This document shows, in pieces, positions 14,726 to 24,699 of a stretch of DNA of 42,501 nucleotides. The notes beneath the pieces are model-generated. The model made no database searches. It was not told where the DNA came from and saw only the letters and a list, made by a program, of their open reading frames with translations. The position numbers and the translations under genes were made by a program. Position 1 is the stretch's first letter, and each line of letters starts with the position of its first letter. The DNA is from a virus, in the IMG/VR virus record IMGVR_UViG_3300045988_049685, positions 1 through 42,501 of that record. One strand, 5' to 3'.

Positions 14726-15340
14726 TCAGCCATTCCAACGGCTGTACTTCCCGTTGTCTTCGTGAATGCCCCATCCGTACAGCCCCAGACCGCCCCGCCC
14801 AGGGATTTTCTCGGCCTGTACCTCCTGCGCTATGGCATACAGTTTCTCCGGGGAGATAGCCCCTGAGAGGTCTACGGCCTGTCCCGTGGTGTGCAGGGAG
14901 TTGGATACTCCGCCCACTTCGGCGTTGTGCCGCTTGCACCGCACACCGGAATTCACATTCAGGGGAACCCCTGCCCGGCGGCGTATCTCATCGGCCATGC
15001 GGACGGTTTCCTCTGCGGGTTCTGCGGGGAAGCCGTTGCAGTATTTCCCGCCGCACTGGCACCGGAATTCCTCACGGGTAAAGTACCGGATATCGTCCCA
15101 GAATGTTCCCGTTTTCGGCGCGTCGCTGCTCTCCGGCTTCTCCACCTTTACCGCCGTCCCGGCAATAGCACCAATGAGCATTTTCTGGGTAGCCGCACCC
15201 GGTATCCCATCCACGGTAAGTCCATAGTCGGCTTGAAACGCCCGAATTGCTTCTTGGGTATTCCTGCCCTCGATGCCGTCAATCGTGCCGGGAGAATAGC
15301 CCAGATAGGTCAGAAGGCATTGAATTTGCTTTACCGTCAT
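14726..15340 (-). CDS. endolysin: PG_binding_1 domain + peptidase M15A
   Basis: Start at ATG 15340 (ATGA overlap). N-terminus GYSPGTIDGIEGRNTQEAIRAFQADYGLTVDGIPG. C-terminus SGVRCKRHNAEVGGVSNSLHTTGQAVD. Confidence 0.9.
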   Translation of the reverse strand: MTVKQIQCLLTYLGYSPGTIDGIEGRNTQEAIRAFQADYGLTVDGIPGAATQKMLIGAIAGTAVKVEKPESSDAPKTGTFWDDIRYFTREEFRCQCGGKYCNGFPAEPAEETVRMADEIRRRAGVPLNVNSGVRCKRHNAEVGGVSNSLHTTGQAVDLSGAISPEKLYAIAQEVQAEKIPGRGGLGLYGWGIHEDNGKYSRWNG

Positions 15341-15786
15341 ACGTTCACCTCTTCCCAGCCCTGAGGGTATGCGGACGGCGACCATACATTATTGTCCAAC
15401 GTGGAGCGATACACTTTACTGCCTTCCGTGCAGCAGTCGCCCTTATTGTAGGGGCTGGTAGCCAAGGCGACGAACGGCAACGCTTTTGCTGGGTCGGTGC
15501 TCCAAGCAAACCCCCACTGTGCGGGAAGTTCCTCCGGCTCCTGGGTGTAGATAGTGCTGTCATAGGGCTGCACCAGCCGCACCACACGGCCAGCAGATGA
15601 CCGGCACACAAACCCGGCCTTGCGCTCCAGCATGTTTTTGTTTGCGACGGCAGCCTTGAAACCGGGAATGTCGCTATCCGCCGCGTTCAGTTCGGTGCCT
15701 GTCATGTCCGGGGCTTTCTCCTGCAAGGCAAGCGCGTTCGCCCTCCCCTGGGCATACATGATGCTTTTTCTTTCCTCTTGTGTCAC
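15337..15786 (-). CDS. hypothetical protein with C-terminal CBM5/12-like carbohydrate-binding motif
   Basis: 149 aa. YNKGDCCTEGSKVYRSTLDNNVWSPSAYPQGWEEV resembles the CBM5/12 pattern. Confidence 0.6.
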   Translation of the reverse strand: MTQEERKSIMYAQGRANALALQEKAPDMTGTELNAADSDIPGFKAAVANKNMLERKAGFVCRSSAGRVVRLVQPYDSTIYTQEPEELPAQWGFAWSTDPAKALPFVALATSPYNKGDCCTEGSKVYRSTLDNNVWSPSAYPQGWEEVNV

Positions 15787-16094
15787 AGACTGTCAACCCC
15801 TTTCTTATAAGCTTCATCCAGCTCTTTAATCTGAGCAGCAACCGTCTGGTATTGCTCTCGCTCATACTCCCGTTGAGCTGCATCCAGCTCCGCCCACGGC
15901 TTCCACGGGGCAATCATTTCGCCGGTGAACACCACGCCATCGGCACGCGTCCACGTCTGTCCCGCCGGGATATAGCGGTAGCCCTCAATGTAAGCGTCGC
16001 ACTTACCGTCGAAGGCATCCGTTTCAATCTGCGTCAGCCCCTCGGCGGTGGAGGTGTGACACTTAAAGCTGGAATCTATGTAAATCGTTTTCAT
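15783..16094 (-). CDS. hypothetical tail-fibre-associated protein
   Basis: 103-aa ORF with ATGA-type coupling to its neighbours; the call is positional only. Confidence 0.6.
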   Translation of the reverse strand: MKTIYIDSSFKCHTSTAEGLTQIETDAFDGKCDAYIEGYRYIPAGQTWTRADGVVFTGEMIAPWKPWAELDAAQREYEREQYQTVAAQIKELDEAYKKGVDSL

Positions 16095-16105
16095 GCGCCG
16101 CCCTC

Positions 16106-16984
16106 CTACTTCAGCAATTTGATTTCCGTCGCGGTGTACGTAATCGTCAAATACGCGGTATGGCGACCGCCAAAACCGATACTGTGGAGCCCGGACAGGG
16201 CAGATATGTCAACCGTTACCGTGGTAAGACTGGTACCGATTGCTGCCGAAGCAACTACGGACGAACCACTGTACACCTCCAATTTTGTATGGGAGCCGCC
16301 CGACGCTTTGCACGTCGCTTGAAGCGTGCTATACTCTGTCAGGTCAATTTGGCCTTTTGTACGTGCAGAAATGTCTCTGTTGCCGTTGTAGTTATTTACC
16401 GACTTAACCACCAATTCTGCTTCTGCGGTTACAGTGCTGTTCCCAGGCATTTCCCACTCACCGGCTATAATGTCGCTCGGGGCATTTGGTTTGAACAGGA
16501 ACAGCGCATAGCTCAGCTCCACAGAGATGCTCTGACCATCCGTGGTGATAGTTACGGTCTTGCTGTCGGTCTCCTTCCCGCTTGTGGAGGTCACCGTCCA
16601 CGTCCCGGCGTTCGGTACGATGCAAGCCCATGTACCACTGGTGTCAGGAGCGGATAGGGTCGTTGTGCCGTCAGAGCAAGTGCATGTCGAACCGGCGGGA
16701 TAGGTGATGTTGATGGTGGCTGCGAAAAATGCAATCACGGTTGAATAATCGGTTGTGACCACAACATTCTTTTGAGCAGTCTTGCCGTCGCCGGTGATGG
16801 TAACAGTCCACGTTCCGCTTGCAAGCCCCTTGAAGACAACCACGCCGCTGGTGCCGGAGTTCTTGGTCTTTGTCTTGCCGTCCTTGGAAACAGTCACGGT
16901 GACGTTTGCTGGAGCTGTGACGGTAAGGGTGCCGCCTGCGCCGCCGCTGGCTCCAAATCCATATAAAGGCACTGCAATGCTCAT
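16106..16984 (-). CDS. tail-fibre/receptor-binding accessory protein with repeated beta (Ig-like) modules
   Basis: 292 aa, Thr/Ser/Gly-rich. Repeated GTWTVT(I/S)T motifs occur three times. Confidence 0.7.
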   Translation of the reverse strand: MSIAVPLYGFGASGGAGGTLTVTAPANVTVTVSKDGKTKTKNSGTSGVVVFKGLASGTWTVTITGDGKTAQKNVVVTTDYSTVIAFFAATINITYPAGSTCTCSDGTTTLSAPDTSGTWACIVPNAGTWTVTSTSGKETDSKTVTITTDGQSISVELSYALFLFKPNAPSDIIAGEWEMPGNSTVTAEAELVVKSVNNYNGNRDISARTKGQIDLTEYSTLQATCKASGGSHTKLEVYSGSSVVASAAIGTSLTTVTVDISALSGLHSIGFGGRHTAYLTITYTATEIKLLK

Positions 16985-18207
16985 ACGTACACCTCCACTG
17001 TAATCGGGATAGCCACTGTCGGCTTGTCCTCAAGGCAGGTAAACGTCAGCGTGCTGCCTGACCGGGAAGCGAAGCTGACCATGCCGCACGCCTCTTTCAG
17101 CGCAAGATTGGTGGACGTGTTACTCCCGTACACTGGATAAGCCATCGCACGTTTTGTATCCGTCAGACCGGAGACCGTAACAGGCTGGGTATACGGGGCG
17201 CTGGCAGACCAACCGGTAGCAGTTAACGTTGCAGTCTTTGCAATCGTTTTGGCATTACTTGACGCCGTATCTACGTACCCCTTGGTTGCGGCATCAGCGC
17301 TGTCCGCGGGCGCACCTAATGCTTTAATTTGATGGGAGTTCATGACAATATTTCCGGTCATTAAACCGCCAGCACTAGGTAATGCTCCAACATTTTCAGC
17401 TTCTAGCTCAACGTTGCCATTGGAGTTAGGTTCTTTGCCGCACACTTTGGATACAGCTCCGGTGCCATCCAAGCCCATACGGGAGACGGAGTAAGAGGTG
17501 ACGGCGCTGCCGGTATTGAACGTAAGCGTGACCCTTGTCCACAGATACTTGCCCTGTGCTACCGTCGGGATCGTGTTTGACCATGTTCCAGACGGAACGA
17601 CCGTGCCGGAATTGCTCGTCTGGTAGCTGATTGCAGAACTGTTGAGCGTTGCCGGATTCCCGGTATCGCCCTTTTCGCCCTTGATCTCGAACCACTGATA
17701 CTTCGTCCAGTCTGTTGGGGCGGTTGCGGAATTGCCGCTGTATACGCCCATCCAGTTGTCAGGGAGAACACCGAAGCTGTGAGAAGCCGCCGTTGGCTTC
17801 TGAGACGCGTACCGAATCCAGACGTATGCGTTGTCGCCCTTATCGCCCTTTGCGCCGTTCGTGACGGTAAACGTGCTGGTGGTATTATCGTTATAGGTAA
17901 TACGGTACGTGTCTACCAGCCCGCTGACGGAGACTTTGGCAATGGCTGAAATGCCCCGCCCGTTCTTTACGGTGAAGTCAAAGGTAGTGGTGTCCGCCAT
18001 GGTGATACGGTATGTATCCGTAAGGCCGCTGGTGGACTGCTTCACGATGCTGCTGATACCGCCGTGGCCGTCAGCTGCGGCGGTAAGCCAGTTCAGCAGA
18101 ATTTGCCCGGTCAGCTTCTTTGCCGCGCTGTCCTGTTCCAGGACGAAAAGGTCGGCAGCTTTTATCTGTTCCGCTGCAATCAGCTCGGATATTGCTTTAT
18201 CTGCCAT
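16981..18207 (-). CDS. tail fibre protein with collagen-like G-X-Y stretches
   Basis: Start moved to ATG 18207 (CAGGAGGAAGCAG upstream). Contains GAKGDKGD and GEKGDTG triplets. N-terminus MADKAISELIAAEQIKAADLF is typical of fibre proteins. Confidence 0.8.
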   Translation of the reverse strand: MADKAISELIAAEQIKAADLFVLEQDSAAKKLTGQILLNWLTAAADGHGGISSIVKQSTSGLTDTYRITMADTTTFDFTVKNGRGISAIAKVSVSGLVDTYRITYNDNTTSTFTVTNGAKGDKGDNAYVWIRYASQKPTAASHSFGVLPDNWMGVYSGNSATAPTDWTKYQWFEIKGEKGDTGNPATLNSSAISYQTSNSGTVVPSGTWSNTIPTVAQGKYLWTRVTLTFNTGSAVTSYSVSRMGLDGTGAVSKVCGKEPNSNGNVELEAENVGALPSAGGLMTGNIVMNSHQIKALGAPADSADAATKGYVDTASSNAKTIAKTATLTATGWSASAPYTQPVTVSGLTDTKRAMAYPVYGSNTSTNLALKEACGMVSFASRSGSTLTFTCLEDKPTVAIPITVEVYV

Positions 18208-18379
18208 CTGCTTCCTCCTGTTCAGTCTCTTTTTCGGGCGCAGGATGCGCAGACAGCGCCTGCACCACTTCTTCAATGGCCTGCATACTGCCCAGCATCC
18301 TGTCCCAGTTCTCCCGTCCTGCGACCTGAACGCCCTCAAGGGTATTCAGGACTGCCCTAAGTTTCATTACAGGGTTCAT
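18197..18379 (-). CDS. hypothetical 60-aa protein
   Basis: Start moved to ATG 18379 (AAAGGAG upstream). Confidence 0.5.
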   Translation of the reverse strand: MNPVMKLRAVLNTLEGVQVAGRENWDRMLGSMQAIEEVVQALSAHPAPEKETEQEEADGR

Positions 18380-18381
18380 TT

Positions 18382-18627
18382 TTACTCCTTTCCCAGCACC
18401 ACACGCACCGCGCCGGTTTCCGGTACAATAGCGATTATCTTCGTATATTGTGCGGCGTACTGGCCTTCCCACCACATTTGCACCGTCTCAGCGGGATTTG
18501 CAAATACCGTGGCAATCGTCGCCAGGGATTCCCCGAGAATACGGATGTTTATCTGCCCCGCCTGGGGGAAAGGGTTGAAATAATCGCAGTCGAATTCTTT
18601 GCCTGTTGCGGTTTTCAGTTTTTCCAT
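18382..18627 (-). CDS. hypothetical tail-module protein
   Basis: 81-aa ORF with AGGAGG upstream. Confidence 0.6.
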   Translation of the reverse strand: MEKLKTATGKEFDCDYFNPFPQAGQINIRILGESLATIATVFANPAETVQMWWEGQYAAQYTKIIAIVPETGAVRVVLGKE

Positions 18628-18654
18628 AGAAACCTCCTAGTATAACCAGTCATA

Positions 18655-19893
18655 TCAAATCCATGTTAGGTATTGTAGAGATATTGTGCGGCCATTTCCA
18701 TCCCTGAACGATATAGAAGCTATAGCTATCGTATGGCCTCCAATTACCAGTCCTTTGTCTTCGGTTGATAAATTGGATGCTGTATTCCAACCATTGAACA
18801 CACCATTTGCAAAATCCGCATACCCAAGCGAGGTATTGATACCTCCGCTGGTATAGGCCGTGGATATGGTATTGTAGCCAATTTCCGAGCCGTAGACACT
18901 GTGACTGGCAAGACCTGACCCGTCAAGGTACCCATCGTCGCCGCCATAGTCAATCTTACCGGCGCTGACGCTTCCCCGGAAATAGCCATTCTCCGCATAC
19001 AGATTCCCAGTCGGCGTAATCTGCACGCCGTTAGCCTCAGAGCCGCACTGAATGCCGTTGACACCAATGTAAATACCCCGGCTGTTGGTGCCGTTCCAGA
19101 CCTGATTGTTATAGCTCAGGTAGTCGGATTGAATATCAAAACCGCCGATTTTCCCGCTTAAGGCGGTGATCTTTCCACGGACTTCCGCACCGGACTTGGT
19201 GATCCGGAACACCGTGGTATTGTTGGCCTTGACCGTCCAGGAATCATTAAGCAGCTCCCAACCGAAGGACGAACTACTGCCTCCGGTTTTGGTCACCCGC
19301 GCGGAGATCTGGTCGCTCTGAATGTCCAGCCGCGAGGTGAGCTCGTTCCCCTGCTCGATACGGGCAGAGACTTCGGCGGAAATCTGGTCGGCCTGAATTT
19401 TCAGTTGTGCCCGGGTTTCTATAAACTGACGTTCTACCTTACGTGTTTCGTGGGATTTATAGGGAACGGATTCGTCGATTTCCTCAGAGCCGGGGGCGGA
19501 AACATCTGCGCGTATCATTTTCCCGTAGGACTTTGACACGCTGTAGATGCCGCCATAGGTTCCTTTAACCTGAACCGCGTCTCCAATCTCCGCCGCCGGG
19601 TCTAAGATTGCGCCTGTAGCCGTATACGTCTGGTAGGAATAGCCATTGATTCTGGCCAACATATCGTTTGCCATTTTCTGAGTTCCGAAAGGGTTTTCGG
19701 AGATCAGTTCCCTGCCGCTGTCTGTACCCGCCGTATACTCCACGCCGTCAGCAACCTTCAACGTGACGCGGCTGTACGCGCTGAGTGGGTCTGATATTTT
19801 CAGGCTGTCGGCGGCAGACCCGATGATGAACTTATCAAACAAGGATTCTGACACCTCCAAACGTGATTGCTCTGTTATCGCTTCCGCCAACAA
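18655..19893 (-). CDS. baseplate/tail-tip structural protein
   Basis: 412 aa with a central coiled coil (QLKIQADQISAEVSARIEQGNELTSRLDIQSDQISARV) and a C-terminal beta-rich domain. The true start may be an internal TTG near 19845, because the first 58 nt overlap the upstream gene. Confidence 0.7.
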   Translation of the reverse strand: MLAEAITEQSRLEVSESLFDKFIIGSAADSLKISDPLSAYSRVTLKVADGVEYTAGTDSGRELISENPFGTQKMANDMLARINGYSYQTYTATGAILDPAAEIGDAVQVKGTYGGIYSVSKSYGKMIRADVSAPGSEEIDESVPYKSHETRKVERQFIETRAQLKIQADQISAEVSARIEQGNELTSRLDIQSDQISARVTKTGGSSSSFGWELLNDSWTVKANNTTVFRITKSGAEVRGKITALSGKIGGFDIQSDYLSYNNQVWNGTNSRGIYIGVNGIQCGSEANGVQITPTGNLYAENGYFRGSVSAGKIDYGGDDGYLDGSGLASHSVYGSEIGYNTISTAYTSGGINTSLGYADFANGVFNGWNTASNLSTEDKGLVIGGHTIAIASISFRDGNGRTISLQYLTWI

Positions 19894-20617
19894 TCAGATA
19901 GTTGGTTTCCTTCGGAAGACCCGTGAGCGTGACCAGCATCAATTCTCCGGTGGCTGTCATAGCCCAGGAGCCGGTGTACATTGCGCCGATGTAGCCAATG
20001 ACCTCACGGCAGCTGTACCCGGCAGGGTACGGGATTTCGTAACCAGATGTCACGATTTGATATACACGGCTATCAAGCGAGATGCCGACTGCATCGGAAA
20101 TCTCTTTCAGAACTTCAATGTCCTTTGCAGGCCAGTTAAGGGAGGATTCTGCCGGATAGTCTTCTTCCAGAAGCAGCATCCCGTCGTATCCGTGGAGCGT
20201 TAGTTTTGTCCGGTCGCCGATTTCTCCTTCGCTCCGTTTGTCAATGTAATACTTTCCTTGGGGTAGCCATTCAGAGACGGCATTCTCATTTGCAGCTCTG
20301 ATATATGGCCGAAGAAGCGCACGTTTGGGGATATCACCATAGGGATGAATCATTTCAACGTTAATCTCACCGGCGCAGGTTTTTCCAACGTCAGGAAAAT
20401 CGGAAAGAAGCGGTTGCTTCTGCTCCATGGATATCAGCAGTTCTTCACCGTAGCCGGTTTCAGCGCCCCCGCTATCTACCAGAATGCGCACTCCGCCGAA
20501 CGTGATTGCGCTTCCGCTTTTGTCAATTAGCTTTCCGGTATCACCGATGCAGAGGCGGTTTTCAAACCAGTGGTTGCCAGCTACAATGTCCCGGTATTCC
20601 TGTGATACGTTCTGCAT
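19835..20617 (-). CDS. tail/baseplate protein (positional)
   Basis: 260 aa, second gene after the tape measure. Carries the 11-aa motif AITFGGVRILV twice. Confidence 0.7.
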   Translation of the reverse strand: MQNVSQEYRDIVAGNHWFENRLCIGDTGKLIDKSGSAITFGGVRILVDSGGAETGYGEELLISMEQKQPLLSDFPDVGKTCAGEINVEMIHPYGDIPKRALLRPYIRAANENAVSEWLPQGKYYIDKRSEGEIGDRTKLTLHGYDGMLLLEEDYPAESSLNWPAKDIEVLKEISDAVGISLDSRVYQIVTSGYEIPYPAGYSCREVIGYIGAMYTGSWAMTATGELMLVTLTGLPKETNYLIVGGSDNRAITFGGVRILV

Positions 20618-20626
20618 AAGCGCCCG

Positions 20627-20995
20627 TCACCTCTCAATCAGGGGAAAGGTAATGCCGCTCCACCAATCGTCTTCCGGCTTCTCTATCAGGAAAGATGCAG
20701 GGTTATTGTTGGAGTACATGGTCACATTGCTGCGGTACCCGCTCATAGGGTCGTAGTAGTCCACGGTTACATATTCCGGGAGAATGGTATGTAACACGGT
20801 CATAGCTTCCTCAGCCTTTAGTGGGCGGCAGGTGATGTCCAGACGGATTTTGGTTGTCACCCGGCCACGCTGCATTGTTCCGTCCATTGTGCGCCCGGAA
20901 TTGGGTGCGTCAATGTCGTTGCGCTGCCACTTTACGCCCTGTTTGGCGATGAACGGCATGAAGTCCACGCCGTTTATCTTGAGCATCATCTTCAT
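20627..20995 (-). CDS. putative distal tail protein (positional)
   Basis: 122-aa ORF immediately downstream of the tape measure gene. Confidence 0.6.
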   Translation of the reverse strand: MKMMLKINGVDFMPFIAKQGVKWQRNDIDAPNSGRTMDGTMQRGRVTTKIRLDITCRPLKAEEAMTVLHTILPEYVTVDYYDPMSGYRSNVTMYSNNNPASFLIEKPEDDWWSGITFPLIER

Positions 20996-21015
20996 GCCGT
21001 TTTCACTCCTTTCGC

Positions 21016-24000
21016 TTATCCATACATTCTTGCGTTCCTGCGCTGGGCATCCCGGACAGCCCGGTCGAAGTCATATCCGCCGCCACCTCCGTTGTCCTGA
21101 TTCCGCATTTCCGCGATAATCTGCTGAGCGACAGCATAGATAGCGGTAACAACGTCGTCATTGGCTTCCCGAACGCCGTAGGTGATACCATCAACGATCT
21201 GGTCATTGTTGGCAACCGCTGTCCGTCTGCCAATGGAGCCAACCATTTCTGCCCCGGCTTCGCGGGCAATGAACAGCTGACCTTGGTCTACAAAACCGCC
21301 GTCGGCAAGCATCGGAATTTGAGGAACGCTGATTTCCCGGAGCCCGGAGAACGGGGTAAATCCTGCAATGCTGAATCCTCGGATACTGCGGAGAATGCTG
21401 TTGATCCCGCCGAATGCGTAGCTGATTGCCGAGTTAAGTCCGGAAAGAACGCCGTTTATGATTCCTTTGAAAAATCCGACTACTTTCCCAAATATAACCG
21501 TTATATCTGTCCACAAATCCGTGAAAAATCCAACAATCGGGCGAATGACGTTTGCGTCAAACCAGGCTGCAATTCCAGAGAAAACAGTGCTGATTTTATT
21601 CCACGATTTTATGGCCCAGGAAGATATGCCATCCCAAAGGCCGGAGAAGAACGAGGCGACAGGCTGGATAACATTTGTGTCAAACCAGTCAGAAACGATA
21701 CCCCAAACAATCTTGATGGTTTCCCACGTTCCGCTCACAAGCACTCCGATGTTATAGAAGACATCCTCAAATGTCTGGCTTACGCTTTCCCACAGATCAG
21801 AGAACCATGTAACAGCTGGTGAAAATGTTTTAACAATGTCCGTCCAAAGTCCGGAGAAGAATCCGGATATTGGTTGCACAACGTTTACATTGAACCATTC
21901 CGCAACGGGTGCAAAGAATGCGCAGATTTCATCCCACTTCTGGTAAATCAGAATGCCAAGGTCTGTCAGTGCTCCTACTGCTAGGCCAATCAACGCGCCT
22001 ATTCCGGTGCCAATCGGGCCTCCTAGGGAGCCAATAATGGCACCGATTCCAGCGCCCGCCATTGTTGCCCCGGCAGGAACCAGCAATCCATTCAAGATAT
22101 TCAGCCCATTCACGATCGCGTCGTATACACCGGTAACGAACATTGGGATTCCAGCAACAATTCCACCGATAGCTGCCCCGATAAGCCCTGTGCTTATCGT
22201 TCCACCACCAGCTGTGATTGCCTTTGCCACGGCGCTTTCCCCAAACGCTTTTGCTATAAACTGCCCGATGCCCTTCCCCAAAAGTCCGGCACCAGCTGTT
22301 CCAGTAAGGCCACCAAGAATAATTTCTCCGAAATTGAAACTGTTGAGCTTTTTCTCGATAGCATCTTTGATGCCGCTGAACTCGATTGTAAATCCTGTGG
22401 CGGTTAGAATCACGCCTGCGGAAATCGTAAGCGGAATGGAAAGGCCGTTTTTCCCAAGCGTTTTGAGTGCCATAATTCCGTTCAGGAAATTGTTTGACAG
22501 CTTCCATGCAAGTAGCGCAATTCCGATTGTGGCAATAAGCCCCAGAATCTCTTTCAGATTGTCCTTAACAAAGGAAACAAGCGGCTCCAGTTTCTTTTTC
22601 CACTCGTCAATCTGTGTGGTTACTGCATTTTTCAGGAAATCATACCCCGGCAAGTCCAAGCCAAGGTCTCCACCGCCTACACCGGCTCCGCTTCCACTGC
22701 CGCCCTGATTCTGGTCGGGGAGGACATTCAGTTCATCAAACCCGGCAAGGTATCGTTTCAGTTCCTTGGCAGACCCGGCGGCACTGTCCATGTTGTCGGC
22801 AATGTCTCCGCTTCCGGACGCTGCGTTCCCAAACGAAGAACCCCATTCAGGATCTTGAATCGTCACGCCAAACAACTCTGCGATGGCACCGATAATTTGG
22901 CGTAGAGCGCTTGCCAATGCAATCGCAATAGGAAGCACTTTTGTAAGTACTGGTATAAATAGGTTGCCGATTGCCCGCGCTGCCTGTTCTAGCTGCGCCC
23001 GTAAAATACGAAGCATATTGGCAGGCTGCTCTAGCGTCCTACCCATGTCGCCCTGTAATTCCGTAACCTGTGTCATCATGGCATAGTAGCGTAGCTGGGA
23101 CTTTTCGGCTTGGTTCATGGCAGATACGCGCTTTGTAATCCCTAGGCTTAATGCTTCCTCCTGCAATCTAGCCACAGAAAGATCATAGCCAAGCCGACGA
23201 AGCGGTTCGAGTTCACCGGCAATGGCGGACTGCACCTTCTGTGCCATTTGCGCTGTGGTAGTCCCAAGTGCTTCTCCGTAAGAAGACTGCAAATCGTATG
23301 TCAGCTGCGTCAGGTTTTTAGACATAAACGCCGCTTTATCACCAGCTACACCAAACCCTGAGATTATGGTGTTTAATACCGACAGATTCTGCATCCACTC
23401 AGCGGGGTCAATGCCCATGACCTCGGAAACCTTCTGGGCGTAGTTATAGGCTTCCTCGGCATACTGCCCCAGAGAAACAGTGAATAGATTCAATGTTTCA
23501 ATGTATTCCGAAGATTTCCCGATTGCGTTCCCAAGAAACTTCGCTATCGCCCGGTATATGGTCACAAAACTGATTGCTTTGAGCGCACTGTTCCAAGCAT
23601 TTGTGCTTGTGGTCGCCCGCCTTACCGTACCGTTGTACTGCTCCGTCGATGTAATCAGCCTTTGAATTCTGCTTGGAAATGCCGAAAACCCGGAGGAAAC
23701 CTTGTTCATTTCGTCAGCGAACGGTTTCATGGCTGCTGCCAAGTTTTTCATCTGCTGAGTGAACTTATCAATATCTGCTTTCTCAAGCTCCTGGATGACC
23801 TCTGGTAGCTTTTTCAGCTGGTTGATGAAGGAAGTCATATTAGACCGGCCAAGCTCGGACAGAGGCTGCAATCCGGATGCCAGATTCCGCAGTTTTTCTC
23901 CGGGGGTGTCCGGCAGATTGGTGATTGCCTGATTGATGGCCGCCAGCTGGTTTCCGATGGACGCGGAGATTTTCAGGCTATCCGTCTGGTCTTTCAGGTT

Positions 24001-24240
24001 GCCCAGGGAGCTGCTAATGCGGTTTATCTTGTTCGCAAAATCGCCGGTATTCATGTTGTTCACGGCATTCTTGATCTGCGAAATTCCTGCTGCAACTTTG
24101 GAAAGGGCAGTTGTGGAACCGCTGATCGACGTTTTTAGCTCTGTCAACTTTTTTGCCAGAACCTCCACCCCTGCGGATGCCGCGGCACTGTCATTCACAA
24201 TCTGAAACTCAATGCCCTGCATTTCCACATTGTCAGCCAT
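21016..24240 (-). CDS. tail tape measure protein
   Basis: Start at ATG 24240 (ATGGCTGA overlap with the upstream stop). 1074 aa with helical N-terminal two thirds, Gly-rich TM-like segments and three WF(N/D)xNV(V/I)xP(I/V)xxFFxxLW repeats. Confidence 0.93.
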   Translation of the reverse strand: MADNVEMQGIEFQIVNDSAAASAGVEVLAKKLTELKTSISGSTTALSKVAAGISQIKNAVNNMNTGDFANKINRISSSLGNLKDQTDSLKISASIGNQLAAINQAITNLPDTPGEKLRNLASGLQPLSELGRSNMTSFINQLKKLPEVIQELEKADIDKFTQQMKNLAAAMKPFADEMNKVSSGFSAFPSRIQRLITSTEQYNGTVRRATTSTNAWNSALKAISFVTIYRAIAKFLGNAIGKSSEYIETLNLFTVSLGQYAEEAYNYAQKVSEVMGIDPAEWMQNLSVLNTIISGFGVAGDKAAFMSKNLTQLTYDLQSSYGEALGTTTAQMAQKVQSAIAGELEPLRRLGYDLSVARLQEEALSLGITKRVSAMNQAEKSQLRYYAMMTQVTELQGDMGRTLEQPANMLRILRAQLEQAARAIGNLFIPVLTKVLPIAIALASALRQIIGAIAELFGVTIQDPEWGSSFGNAASGSGDIADNMDSAAGSAKELKRYLAGFDELNVLPDQNQGGSGSGAGVGGGDLGLDLPGYDFLKNAVTTQIDEWKKKLEPLVSFVKDNLKEILGLIATIGIALLAWKLSNNFLNGIMALKTLGKNGLSIPLTISAGVILTATGFTIEFSGIKDAIEKKLNSFNFGEIILGGLTGTAGAGLLGKGIGQFIAKAFGESAVAKAITAGGGTISTGLIGAAIGGIVAGIPMFVTGVYDAIVNGLNILNGLLVPAGATMAGAGIGAIIGSLGGPIGTGIGALIGLAVGALTDLGILIYQKWDEICAFFAPVAEWFNVNVVQPISGFFSGLWTDIVKTFSPAVTWFSDLWESVSQTFEDVFYNIGVLVSGTWETIKIVWGIVSDWFDTNVIQPVASFFSGLWDGISSWAIKSWNKISTVFSGIAAWFDANVIRPIVGFFTDLWTDITVIFGKVVGFFKGIINGVLSGLNSAISYAFGGINSILRSIRGFSIAGFTPFSGLREISVPQIPMLADGGFVDQGQLFIAREAGAEMVGSIGRRTAVANNDQIVDGITYGVREANDDVVTAIYAVAQQIIAEMRNQDNGGGGGYDFDRAVRDAQRRNARMYG

Positions 24241-24595
24241 TCCCTTCACCGCCCTTCTTCTCAAATTTCTTGTTGATGGATACCATAAACATCTCCATCA
24301 TGGCTTTCGCCTTTTTGTCGCTCTTTTCCTGCTGGGTCAGCTGCTTTTCTCCACTATCCGCCGCTTTCCGCTGCCCAGTGTGCAGCTCAAAGGGCTGCTC
24401 CCGGTAGGGGATCGGCTTCGGCGGCTTCTTGCTGAAACTGAATCGAAGAACCGGGGCGGCATCCAGAAGGGCTTCATAGTAATAAGCCCCTTGCATCCAC
24501 ATATCCTGATTCTTCAAGTCCCGTTTGATCTTGTCAGCTTCCCGGTAGGCTTTCACCAGTTCCACGTCCTGATTCCAGAACTGGTCATAGGTCAT
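24233..24595 (-). CDS. tail assembly chaperone T segment (expressed as a G-T fusion by -1 frameshift; ATG 24595 may not be used)
   Basis: Its frame is the -1 frame of the upstream chaperone. That frame stays open for the whole 104-nt gap back to the slippery site. Confidence 0.75.
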   Translation of the reverse strand: MTYDQFWNQDVELVKAYREADKIKRDLKNQDMWMQGAYYYEALLDAAPVLRFSFSKKPPKPIPYREQPFELHTGQRKAADSGEKQLTQQEKSDKKAKAMMEMFMVSINKKFEKKGGEGNG

Positions 24596-24699
24596 GCCGA
24601 TTGCAAGATAGTACGGGAATAACTTCTTGAAGATATTTGTGTAAGCGTAAGAGGGGGTAGGGGTCTCCCCACCCCCTCCGTTTTCGGAAAGAAGTTCGC

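Noticed and set aside
21500-21900. Three repeats WF(N/D)xNV(V/I)xP..FFxxLW in the tape measure as a separate repeat feature
   Set aside because: Internal length-setting repeats are typical of tape measure proteins and add nothing beyond the CDS call.
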